Positions 17,235 through 32,117 of a stretch of DNA of 64,000 bases are shown here, piece after piece; position 1 is the first letter of the stretch; the number at the start of each line of letters is the position of its first letter. Position numbers and translations under genes: made by a program. Under the pieces are notes generated by a model that did not search any database, was not told where the DNA came from, and saw only the letters and a list, made by a program, of their open reading frames with translations. This stretch comes from the human T2T-CHM13v2.0 reference genome, Homo sapiens, in the NCBI RefSeq assembly GCF_009914755.1, contig NC_060944.1. One strand, given 5' to 3'.

Positions 17235-20200
17235 AAAATGAGATCACGTGGACACAAGAAGGGGAATATCACACTCTGGGGACTGTTGTGGGGTTGTGGT
17301 AGGGGGGAGGGATAGCATCGGGAGATATACCTAATGCTAGATGACGAATTAGTGGGTGCAGCGCACTAGCATGGCACATGTATACATATGTAACTAACCT
17401 GCACAATGTGCACATGTACCCTAAAACTTAAAAGTATAATAATAAAAAAAAACAAAAAACAAAAAAAAGAAAAAAAAATTTTCCATGAAACAAAAAACAA
17501 GTAACTTGTAAGAAGCATGCTAGATGAACCAAAAAATAAAGTAAGATTAACCATAAAGACATGCCATGGACTTCTCTAATCTTTTTTTGGAACACCCTTT
17601 TCATGCGTATGAGAATAAAAATTAAATATTAAATACCTTCTTTATGTATGTACTTTTACTTGTACCTATTGCTCTTTAAAGATTAAAATAACTCCTAAAG
17701 CCTGGATAGTTGAGCCCATTGTGCTCTTCGGCCCATAAAATAGATTGGATATGCAGTGAAAGAGAGATAAAACTTAAGCTTTCAGATTGGTTATGACGAT
17801 GGAAACACAATTCCATTCAATAGTGTTCATCTTGGTCTTTCAAATGTTTAAGGTCACAAGGCAAAAGAGAACAGACTTTAAGAATGTCCGTGTATTACTT
17901 CTCGTCTTACCCAATAGCTACATTAGTTTAATTAGGCAAGTGTTTTGGAGTAAACAGCACTGTGAAATGTGTCGTGGAGTCCAGAGGCTCCACAACCTAC
18001 CTCCAGATAGTTGTTCTGTCCGATGGAGCCTAGAATAATACCACCCCAGTTTCAGAGATGCATTACATCTACAGGTACCAACTAGGAAGGGTAGTCTTGA
18101 ATTAAATGGCTTTAGAACACGTTATAAGAGCAAATTGAAGCTTCCAGGTATTAGAACCACTTCAATCACAGAGCATCTCTGGGTTCTATCTGTGGCCAGC
18201 ATCAGGTATCTGTCTGCCCTCCCCGAATGGTTCCTCTCATCATGTGGATCTTCTAGATGGTTTTATTCTTCCCCAGCCAGCCAACCTGACCAACAAGCCT
18301 GGGTATATTATGTATGTATAAAGTTGGTTCTTAAATAAAGTCCATTTCTATATCTAGGTAAGTAATGTCTTCAGACTGGCAATTTCATTGTTATCTAGAA
18401 AGAGTGACTCTAGTTAGCTTCTAGTGTCAGTTTTTCTAGCAGCTTCTTTAAAAAAAATCCTCTCTGGAACAAAGCTTCCTTGCAAGCATTGCTGTTGGCA
18501 ATATTCCTCTTTACTGAAATGCTTATCCGGTGAAACTTGGGCTGTGCCAGTGAGCCTGCAGGTTGACAGTCCTTTTGTTCAACTTCTCCATTATAAGCAA
18601 CCTCTCTGATCACCCTTTTAAAACTAAAGATCAAAGAATCAAATGAGGTCAGGAAGTGACCAGAGCTCACAGGTCATCAATTCCTCTTCTTAGCATATTA
18701 TAGCACACAGTCTAAGCCAGAAAAACACAGTAGAGCCCATTACAGCTCTCGAGTTCCAGTTATTAACATTGATTTTTTTCAATGGAAAATTTTCATTAGA
18801 AGCCCTCACATGACTCACATTCAGTAATAACTCAGATTAAGATATATACTGGAGCCTTTGTCCTTAGACTAGGTGCCACTGAGTCACCATTAAAAGGAGT
18901 CTTTTTGACCTTAGTAAATTCTCACAGGTAGGGCTTATCTCAGTCTAAACTGTACCTGGCCTTTAATAGTGATGTCCAAAGTCCTGTGTAATTCAAATTA
19001 ACATTGTAATGTATATAAGTTGTATATGTAGATATAATACATGCATGTATTTACAATTATTTATTTTATTTTATTTTTTAATAAGATAAAACTTAGACGT
19101 TAAAATATGACTCTAGGCCATTGTGCTTTAGAATGAAGAGCACAGACATGGGTTGGAAATGTAAATTTTGACCCCATGTAATTTCTGTGACAAATTAATT
19201 AATGTCTTCAAGGTTCAGGCTCTATGTATGAGACAAATGAAAACAGCTCTAAGATTCCTGAAAACTCTAAAGTATTAAAATTCCACTCTGCCATTAGTTC
19301 AGATAAATCATTTGCCAATTTCCCCCACAAGAACCAGGCATCTTTAAATGGTAACATAACATGCACTTCTCTCTCCCAAAGTGTAGTGCATAAACGTTCT
19401 GCTTCTGAATAACACAGGATGCCTGGTAAGATGTGCTGTCAGGGGTATTAGTAAGGAAATGTTGTATCAAAACTTCTGCAGATGTGGCCCTGAAATACAC
19501 ATTGTAATAAATCCTCCAGGCCTCTCAAGTTAGGAATAACTTCTTTATAAAATTGTACTTACTTAAAATTATAGATAAACAGATTTCACAGTAACCCAAT
19601 TTTTCTGATCTGAATGAAATAAGGCTCTATATTCAGACTGACCTTTCAGTGAAAAACAACTTAAAACAGTGACAAAACATCTATGTCTAAGTTTAAATGA
19701 ATGTAACTAAGAGACCTGAAAACTCAGGTTTAGTAGTCATCTTCCAATAGTTTGAGAGCCCACAGGAGCCATAGAGCCCTCAAGTCTCTCCAGAGAAGCA
19801 GGGTGATTTTTCGTCCTAAACACCATGAAATTCTTGAAGTGAGTAAAAGCATTCCTGCTTACACTGATATTCTCTCAAGTGAACTCAAAGTTAAGCCATC
19901 TCCAGCCAGACCAGATACCCTGGCCCATATCTCATTCATTAATATAGGTTGAGAAACCTTTGTTTCTTGGAAACTACATGAAGTGAATAGACTGTGGACT
20001 CCACTGGACCTAGTGGTCTATATTTAATCAATTCCCTTAACAAATATGTATCAGATGCTATCTTAGTTACGGAGCTGCAGTGGTGAGTAAGAAAGCCATA
20101 GTCCTGTACTCCTAGGGTTTTAATTCTGAAGACGAAGACAGGTACAGAAACCCAACTAAGCAAAGAGAGGAGATTATTACAAAATGTGTTCACATGCAAA

Positions 20201-20274
20201 GTCAAGCAAGGGACTGAATACACAACAAGGGTGTTGGGGGGAACATGAGACAGATATAATCTTAATTCAGATTA

Positions 20275-20626
<352 letters not shown>

Positions 20627-20649
20627 CTAATTTGGATTATACAGATTCT

Positions 20650-21530
20650 AACTATTTCTTTCAAGTGAGAATATTTAAGCTAAGACCTGAGAATAAAAAG
20701 AGTTAGCTTTTCATACAATACAGAAAGGTCTGTCTTTTAGGAAAAAACCCACAGTGTTCAAGGACCCTAATGTATGAGCAAGATCTTGGCATGTGGAAGA
20801 AATCTGTGAATTGGATGAAATGAAAAAACTGAAAAGTAGGAATCTGGATGAAGTACAAAAAGACTAATGTGAGATGTGGCTGAAAGAGAAGGGTATGTGA
20901 AACTGTACAGGTCTTCATTAGTGATGATGAGGAACATAGGTCTTAGTCCAAGTACACCAGAAAAGTGGGAGAGTTGGAAACTGAAAGACATGTTAAGAGA
21001 TCACTTTGGTGTCTATGTAGCTAACAGAGTGTAGGAAATTAAGAATTAAAGTTGGTTGACTAAGGATGAGCCTAAGAAAATAGAGTAGGTAAGAAAATAA
21101 GTGGATCTGGCTAGGCTGGGGACATTGGAAATCAAAATAAGTGGAGGAAATTACAGATATATTTGGAACCAAAATATTTTTTAAATGAATGTTGAATTGG
21201 ATATTGTCAGAATATTGAGGAAGAGCCAAAAATGACTTATAAGCATCTAGCATGGCTGGCAGTGCCACTTACTGACATGTGGGAAACCAGGACATGTTAC
21301 CTCTGAATTATTCGAGTGCTATTGTCATGTAAATCATCAACTCCCAGAATAAAAGTCTGGGCCAAACTCTAAAAGTGGAAATTATTAGCTGTTTAGTAGT
21401 GTTTAGAGCTTAGAAAGAGTATGTGTGTAGAGAGAAAAGAAGAGCAATTAGGACAGAACCCTTAGAAACATCAATATTTAAAATTTGGGAAGAGAAATAG
21501 AAACAAATAAATCTTCTATTAATGGTGGGA
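20650..21530 (-). mobile_element. L2 fragment (old)
   Basis: Purine-rich antisense L2 pattern; minus ORF 21410..21667 ends DVSKGSVLIALLFSLHT, a decayed RT motif GVPQGSVLGPLLFSLYT. Confidence 0.65.
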
Positions 21531-21565
21531 AAATGAAGCTCAGGGTAGCTGCAAGGGAATGCTAA

Positions 21566-21675
21566 AAATGAACTATGGCATTTGAGGAGGAAAATGTGGA
21601 AACTGAAAGCAAGAGAGTACAAATGAACTACGGCATTTGAGGAGCAAAACGTGGAAACTGAAAGCAAGAGAGTAC
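21566..21675. repeat. 55-bp tandem duplication, 2 copies
   Basis: aaatgaacta(t/c)ggcatttgaggag(g/c)aaaa(t/c)gtggaaactgaaagcaagagagtac twice; 3 mismatches. Confidence 0.95.
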
Positions 21676-22319
21676 CGATGGATTGTGAGAGAGCAGCAGC
21701 AGCTGTGTCCTAAGGAGAGTCTCAATAAAAATGAAGGATTGTAGAAATGAGGATATCCGAGCCAATGAGCTTGCAAGGAGTGATGTCCAGGAGGCAGAAT
21801 ATTTGCATCTAGATCCTGGTGGTACATATCCTTATAGAAAATGTTTCAGATTTGATGACAATAAAGTGGAGGAAAGGAAAAAAGTAATGGAAATAAAGAT
21901 GTCAAAAAATGGGGAATAGAGGTTTGTAATGGTCCTTTCATGTGAATGTTGAGCCACTAAAATGATGGTTGAACTTGCCTGAAGATGATATTGAGCAAAA
22001 GATCTAAAGCCTTAAAGTGGCCACTGGCAAGAAATCAAGAAGCAACCCAGGACTGATAAACTTTGTTAAAGGAAATGGAAACAACCTATCTGTGAGGCTT
22101 AATTCTTGATGGCCTGGCCAAGGTATAGCATCTGGATAAGAGTTCACTGACTCAAACTAAATTTTGTGAAGGTGAAGTACTTGTTAAAATGAAAGATCTA
22201 TTTACAGAGAAATAAGTAGGCATAATGTCTGCACTATGGATAGGTGTATACCTGCTTTTTGCAAAAAGTTTGTATCTGTGAAATGCTGGTTTGCCCTGGA
22301 CAGAGCTAACTTAAATAGA

Positions 22320-23156
<837 letters not shown>

Positions 23157-24146
23157 AGAAAACTATTAAAGAAAGACTATAATACACAGGAAACACAGAC
23201 ACACATACACCTGTGTGTCTATATCTTCAGTTATCACACTTTTTCTATACAGACTCCAAACAAGACAAACATGTTACATTTTATTTTAGGAGAAACTATA
23301 AGTAGAAAGAGGAGAATTTGTTAAATCAATATAGAATGTTCCTTGTTTAGCATAATTCTAAGTGTTTCTCATTAGAGGTTTGAGTAATCAATCTGTATCA
23401 TATGTGGCCATGCTGGCATTTGGGAAATTCCACAAGAAACTTTTTAAATATGAATTTGGAAAAGGGAAAAGGATTTTAAAAGTGTCTTTTTTTGTTCTGC
23501 ATTCTGTGTGGAACATATATTTTGTGCTACCTGCTCGTGTTAGCCTGTGATTGCCTGTGACTATGTGGAAGATATACTTTATGTGACTATGTGAGCAATA
23601 GTCTTAAAGTTAAGAAATCTAAAAATCGGTTGGCTTAGTTGCTAATTAGGTAAATTACCTTGTAATAGTTACTTAACCTCTCAAAGATTAATTATCTTAA
23701 GTGGTACATTGAAGGTTCCATTCATATTGATTTTAGTAGACTTATCCTGCTAAAAAGTAAATTTAACAACAGAAATTATTCTAGACCTCATTATTTCAGG
23801 ACACCCCACACCAGCGTTTATTCCTAACTTCAAGAAATGCAGAGACATTTAAAAATTGGATTTTCTTCCAATTCAACAGAATATAACTGAACTAAATAGA
23901 TTTATGTATAATTCATTATTTCAACCTTTAAGGCTATATCCAAGCAGTTTGTTTTCACCATAAAGTTATAGCTGTCTAGGCCAATAATTAAAGAGGACCT
24001 TGATAGAGAATGACAAGAGAGGATGATTGCCCTATTGTCTATCTTCCAGCTGCTTTCAATGCCCTGAAGTTTTATTCACACCCAAATATTAGAATCCTAT
24101 CTGAGAGCGCGTACTCAAATGATAAATCATGCTAATTTCTCAATAA

Positions 24147-25301
<1,155 letters not shown>

Positions 25302-26539
25302 AATAGATACGACTTCTAAGACATCTCAATTCTCTGTGAATTTTGATACTATAGGGAACCAGGACATGACACTAATTGAATAGATTCCTCAGAGACCTAC
25401 AAGCTGTCAACTGCATAAAGATTTCTTTATGTAATGCAATGTTTTGGTTCATTGTACACAACATCAAAACACTAAGATCAGAGAGAATGCAAAAGATGTT
25501 TTAACTGATACTTAAGAACAGAATACATTTGACCCCTCAAAGCGTCCCAGGAAGAGTAATTATTCTAAACACTTTTCTATATTCCTCAGAAAACAGTAGA
25601 ATCCCATAGTTAACTATCATTTAAAATAGTGGCTTAATAATTATCTTTGATGCCTAGGTGAACATTTATTTTTCTTGTCCCTATTATTATACAATAAAAG
25701 TCCAAAAATGCATAAAGTCGCCTACCTACAATGACAAAAAAAAATTGGCAGTGTGAGCCTGGGGATGGCCTGGAAGCAAGTCATGAGCACTAACGCATTT
25801 GCATGCATTTGACTGTCTAGTAAAGCAGACCAATTATACAGCTCCCAAAAGGCAGCTTAGTGATGGAAAATTCTTTCAGTAGCTTTTTAGTTTATTTGAT
25901 TGATTGTGTATGACCCAGTGATAGCAGTTTGAATTTGATTGTAGATAGAAAAGAAAAAGAAAGCAAACTGATCTATATTACTTAAAAGAGCAAGTATACA
26001 GAAAACTAGGCATGCAATTATTCATTCCATACTGGTGAATATTGGTTTTTGAGAAATTAAAAAATACATTTCTTTGTATTTCCAGGTATTGATTTTAATC
26101 TTATTAAATGAAATAACCACGTGTCAACCTGGGGGAAAGACTGAGTGAAGACCATCATGATCATCTCAAAACACAAAGGAACTTGCATCCAGAATGGCTT
26201 AACTTTGAAAATAGGTACCTGAGCAAAGAAAAGGGTTGATTCATTTGATTGTTATAGATTTAGAAGAAAGCTATGGATTTAGAAGAAAACTCACTTGACT
26301 ACCTAAATAGCTTTATGTCATTTCCAGCTCTCATATCTCTCTACTTTGGAAGTAGATTTTGAAACCCAGATTCTATTTTGAGGCTTCTCTTGCCAAAGGA
26401 ATTGTCATGACTCTTCTCTTTACCTCACAGGACCCAACTTTAACACCATTCTAATCTTTTCTAATTCAACTTCCTATGCTTTGTTTTCATCGAGGCAGTT
26501 AATCAAATAATAACCATAATCATAGTAATAGTAATAATT

Positions 26540-26735
26540 ATGACTATAAGTTGTATTTAAATACTAAGTGCTTTGCCTGTATACACTCATTTTATCCTCA
26601 CAACTATAGGAGGTAGCAACTAGTGTCATACTGAGGCATAGAAAGGTGAAGTAAGTCACCCAATTTTAAGTGGCAGAGGAAATTTTCATGCCCATATGGT
26701 GTGGCTTAAAGCCTGCACACTTGAACACTATACCA
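26540..26735. mobile_element. MIR fragment
   Basis: cattttatcctcacaact...actgaggcatagaaaggtgaagtaagtcaccca MIR core. Confidence 0.7.
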
Positions 26736-26986
26736 GATAGCATGGACTACTAGGCAGGATTAAAGAGAAGTGGCATAATTGTATCACAATTGGTATACTA
26801 AAGGAAAATTTGGTAAATATTTTTTCTAAGAGGAATACTTTGATTTTGTATAGCAGAACAATGTAAGTGAAGTAAATATTGTTTAGGAAGGATTTTAAGT
26901 TCATATTGATTTAATCTGCCTCACTGGGGATGTGTGCCTTAAAAACCCTCTTACTCCTTTTTCATCTTAGAGAGAGGTTTCCTTCC

Positions 26987-27193
26987 CTTTTTTGTGAGAC
27001 AGTGTCTCACTTTGTCAGTCAGGCTGAGTGCAGTGGCAGTCATAGATCACTGTAGCCTCTACCTTCTGAGCTCGAGTGAGCCTCCTGTCTCAGCCTCCTG
27101 AGTAGCCACCAGCATAGCTGGGGCTACAGGGGTGCACCACCACATCTTATTTTTTGGTAGAGATGGGATTTCAGCATTTTGCCCAGCCTGGTC
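26987..27193 (-). mobile_element. AluJ, partial
   Basis: Reverse-complement right arm plus part of the left arm; diverged. Confidence 0.85.
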
Positions 27194-28232
27194 ACTTGGA
27201 GAGAGGTTTCTAGTCACATATTCAGTATGTTATTTTCCTTTAGATCTTGCTTATTCAATTTTTAATCAAAGGCATGAATAAAGATATAGACTGCAAACAT
27301 ACGTTGGCTTATTTAATATCAGACTCAAAAATAATATGCCTAAGTACATAAAACCAAATGTAGTAGAAACAAGTATCAATTTTTATCTTTAGTTTTATGA
27401 AATGTATTTTTTAAGATGTTTAAACTTGAAACACATGTCACAGTGTTATGTAAGTTTTGGTTCATTTGTCTCGCTCTGCTTCTGTATAATAGGTATAAGA
27501 TGATCTTTCAGAATTCTTAGCAACTGTATAGTACTTATCTCCTAGAACTTGTTCAATAATAATTGCTAGATGGATTCATGGACTAAAGAATTAATAGATA
27601 TAGATTGAAAACTAAAGTATTTTATTTTACAAAGATCAGAATTAATTTACTAAAATCTAAATTTCTGCTAGTAATATTAAATACACGTGGATAAACTACA
27701 AGAATGATAAAAATATTGCATCGTAAGAGTCATTAAAAACTTGATATATTGTTAGACAACAACAGTATATTATGATTGTTTTTCAGGCCTCTCATTCCAA
27801 GACAGATTTTAATACAATGCAAAGTATCAAAAATAACTTTAAAATATGATGAATGCTGTGAAATTCATGAAACATGAACAAAACCTTAGGATATTCCATG
27901 TTTATTTCAGAGAAGATATAAGAAATTGATTTTTACATACTTAAAGGCTTTCCAAAGCAAGATTAGAAATGTTGAGTTTTTCCAGAGACTTACATATTTC
28001 AGAAAAGCCAATTTCATCTCAAACTCTGAAAGTCATTTTATAAAGTACATTGGTAATCATTGCATCTGCTACTTCACAAGGTTTTGTGCTCTTTGAAAGG
28101 TGTCAAGCAGATCACCTTTCAAAAATGTTCCAGTTTTCTACTGAATGAACTGAAAGCCCTCCCCATTCCATATTCAAAAGCTTGCGCAATTTCATGATTT
28201 GAAAAATTATATAAAGTCCTAATGAATTCATT

Positions 28233-29535
28233 CTGCAGCCAAACCCCCAGGAGTCCTGTCCTCAGGACCTCCCTGAGCCGACTTCCACCGAGGGAGGGGG
28301 AGCTTCAGGAGGCGGAGCTTCAGGATGCCTGCTGTGTTCTGGGGACATCCGTGTCATATCCGGTTTTCAGCTTCTTCTTGAAGATTGTTTCGTATCGTGG
28401 CTTCATTTCTCAGAGAAGAGCCGCGAGGAGATAGAACCATCTCCTTTCACATTGGTCTCCTCCCCTCCTGGAAAACAATGAGCTCCTTTTACCTTTTTTT
28501 TTTTTTTTTTTTGGTTCGAGTGTGGTCATCTTGATTCTACAAAAGAGGTAGCTCAGGATCGTGATGAAATTTCGGTTTCTTTGAGACCGAAGCTTCTCAC
28601 ATTGTCGAGGTCTTCAGAAAGCCAAAGTGGAACCGCCGCGGAAATGATTGACAACCGCCCACATGACCCAGGCAGAGACGCAGACAGAGGCCCACTAAAG
28701 ACACGCTGACATGCAAGAGACCGCTTTGTAGCGCACTGGGCACATAAACACACACGCTCACGGGCACACACACACAGAGAGACAGAGAAAGTGAGAGAAA
28801 CAGAGAGTGAGTGACAGAGAGAAGAGAGAATGGGAGACACACGCACCCAGACATACAGCAGTGGCAGAGACACACAACCCCCAGGCAATCACTGAGGCTG
28901 CGGGTTTCTGCTGTTTGTGAGAATGACCCTCGGGTGAGAGAGTAGTCCTTGGGCACACGGGCAGACCTGTCCTCGAGATCACGGGGGGCACGACTTTGGG
29001 GGGACTCACCCGAACACCGTACGGGCAGGCCTGAGGCTGGGATGCCGCACTGCTTTCCCTGGACTCCGTCTGCTGTTTCTGCATCCTGGTAGGCCCTCCG
29101 TGTAGCATAGTGTCCCGAATCTGTTTTGTCGACCCCCTGGATTAGTCAGACTGGAGCCTCGACACCGACGCACCGCCACGGAGGGCTCCTGCTTTGTCAA
29201 GGCTCAGGGAATCGTCCTCAGCCAACCGTTGGAGTCACCGTCACGGGAGAATGGGCTCGTGCCTCCCGCATGCGCATTGCCCAGGCGGACTCCTGCTTTG
29301 CTCTTCGAACTCCGGCTGTGGCCGCTTTAAACAGGTTCGGCAACACGTGGCGGGGGTTCTGTGGCAGTCGCAGTGGCGGCTGGAGTGGGGATGTAGTAAG
29401 GGGCGTTATGGGAGTGGGGGCTTCGGGTCCTCCAGGGCCGGACCCCCGGGAGACCTGTTCTCAGAACCTCCTTGAGCCGACTTCTACCGGTGCAGGGGGA
29501 CCCCGCTTCAAGGCGCCAGCTCGGGTCTCCGGACT
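28233..29535 (+). repeat. SST1/NBL2 macrosatellite, short form, slightly more than one ~1.2-kb unit
   Basis: GC/CpG-rich with a CA/GA-rich core (28740-28880) and GAGCTC at 28480-28485; 28241-28330 recurs at ~29441-29520; homologous in inverted orientation to 54177-55878. Strand label is only relative to the other copy. Confidence 0.85.
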
Positions 29536-29537
29536 CA

Positions 29538-29787
29538 CAGGCTGGTGTGCATTGTGGTGATCAGAGCTCACTGCAGCCTCAATCTCCCAGGCTGAAGCAA
29601 TTTTCTTGCCTCAGCCTCCCACGTACCTGGGACTACAGGCATGTGCCCCCACACTCAACTACTTTTCTCCAAAAACATTTTTGTACGAATGGGGACTTAC
29701 TACGTTGCCTGGCTCATGTCAAACTCCTGGGCTCCAACTGTCCTCCTGCGTTGGCCTCCCCAAGTGCTGAGATTACAGGTGTGAGCT
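29538..29787 (-). mobile_element. AluJ, tail-truncated, fused to SST1
   Basis: caggctggtgtgcattgtggtgatcagagctcactgcagcctc...gagattacaggtgtgagc. Confidence 0.85.
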
Positions 29788-31027
29788 TGCTCCTGCAGCT
29801 AAATTCTTATATCTTAAATCCCTACCTCCCACAAGCAGATGTTAGGCCCACTTATTTTATCACTTTTTGCTGTTGATGTCTTTTTGTCCCTGGGCACAGG
29901 GATTAGTGACCCACTTTCCACCAAATTTCAAATCATTAGGGACATTATGTTGTGTCCCAGGAGTGGCTGAGGCTTCAAGTACCTGCTGCTCTAACCTAGG
30001 CCTGCTGAGGAGTACAATTCATCTTGTGTTTCTGTGTTGTTTAACAACCTTCCTGAGCTCCTCTAAGTCAGTCCATCCTGCCACAACTGGCAAGAATCAA
30101 GAAACTCTCCAAGAAAATGTTTCTCAACCTGCCTGTTGTCAAGTAGAAGAGGTCTGCTGACCATGGCAGGCATGGCAGTGCATGACAGTGAGCGCCCCCC
30201 ACCGTGTTTGCTATTCACTGCATGTTCCGCCTGAACGTTCCCGTCTGCTCAGTGAGTCTTGACAGTGGGGTAAAGGGGTCTCACTCTCAAAGACCAAGGC
30301 TGACCCTCTCTGAATACAATGCCTTGACCTAGTTACTGTCACTGTGGTTTTGTCTTCAGGACTAAAAGATACAATAAGAATTTGTTCCTTTAATTGTCCT
30401 GTTGATGCACAAAATACTTAAATGCTTCTACATAGGTCTGCTCTTGTGCATCACAGAGCACTAAGGGAAAGTCCCCACGGTAAAAGTGCTTTTCACCTGA
30501 GCTGCTACGTGTGACAGTAAAGCAGCTGAAGGTTAAAAAAAATCAAAGCTCCCCAAATATGGGTATAACAGCTGGTCTAACCTCACAGTCTGTACTTTCC
30601 CTCTGTAACAGCATGGATAAATAGAGATAACTAGCAACTGATACCCTAGTGTGCCAAGCAATTGATGTATCTGTGTGATTAAAAACCAGCATTTAGCCAT
30701 ACTCTAGATACACTAAATATCAACCCCACACTCCTAGCCTGTAATTCCACTTTGCTTCCAGATAGCAGTTACAATTGGAAAGGAAATACCTAGTTTACAG
30801 GAGGCATTAATACTTCATTGTTGCAGAAACTAAACCCTTAAAAGAATGTAACCTGGACTTTCTGACCTGGATACTAACAAATAGTGAAAAATATGTATCT
30901 AAGAATACACTTGGAACAGAAATGTGAAAAACCAAAAGTAAGAGATATTATGAAGGATCAAATATAAAATGACCCAGTGCTGAAGAGGCAACAAAGAAAA
31001 TTGTAGAAGAAAATGACAGGAGGCATT

Positions 31028-31412
31028 ATGCCTTAATGAGTTTGTGCTACTGTATAAGAAAATACAATAGGCTGGGTAATTTCTGAAGAAGAGAAATTAT
31101 TTCTCACAGTTCCATAGGCTGGAAGTCCAAGATCAAGGTGCCAGCAGGATTGGTGTCTCGTGAGGACCTGGCCTTTGCATCCAAGATGGTAGCTTGTGCA
31201 CTGTGTCTTCAGGAGGAGATGCACTGTGCCCTCACATGGCAGAAGGCAGAAGGGCAAAACAGGAGAAGCCCACTCCCTCCAGTCCTTGCATAAGGACCCT
31301 GAACCCATTCATGAAGATTCTCCCTTCATGACTGAATCACTACCTGAGGGCCCTACTTCCTAATCTTATAACTTTGTGATTAATTTTAGGGGAACACATT
31401 CAGAACATAGCA
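31028..31412 (-). mobile_element. MaLR solo LTR (MLT1A/MST-like)
   Basis: ttatttctcacagttccataggctggaagtccaagatcaaggtgccagcagg ... cattcagaacatagca. Confidence 0.8.
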
Positions 31413-32117
31413 CTCTATATTCAATTTTTTAAAAAATTATTTTGTTGTTTTGCTTTTCTGTTTTTCAAATGGCTTAAAGTGCACAAAATTTGATTAATCA
31501 TATTCCTTGGCTCATAGCATACCTTGGCTCCTATTTCATCTTTGTCTGTGCCTGGGCCTCTATGTAAATGTATTTGAATGTATTTGAATAATATGGTAAT
31601 CACTTGTGAACCCACAACACAACCCAAGAACTAGGGTTCTGACCCTAACATCTGCTCCTCCTCTGTCCTTTTTCCTGATTTACACCCTTCAGTCCCAGGG
31701 TAACTACTACCCTGAATTTATGTTTAGGATTCCCTGCCTTTAAAAAAACATTGTTTTATTGCATATATATGATTGCCCTAAATGACATATTATTTAGTTT
31801 TTTAAGGGTATAATTTATTTACCCATTCTTCTATTAATTTACCCATTCTCCTATTAATGAAAATCTGGCTTGTTTCCATATATTCGCTATTATGAATGGC
31901 ATTACATTAGCATTTATTTTTCTACTACTTCTGGTACATATGGGCAAGAGTTTCTCCAGGGCCTATGGTAGAGAAATTACTTTGCCCTAACATATGAGAA
32001 TGCTCAACTTTATGAGATAATCCAAATTGTTTTCCAAAGTGGTTGTTCTAATTTAAACTCTCACCTCCTGTATTAGTTCGAAATGATCTTGTTGATCCAC
32101 AGTCTCTCCATATTTGG

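Noticed and set aside
28553-29876. Overlapping 90-144 aa ORFs in SST1 (also 54168-55933)
   Set aside because: Expected in GC-rich, stop-poor satellite; the ORFs do not match as proteins between the two copies, and no domain was recognised
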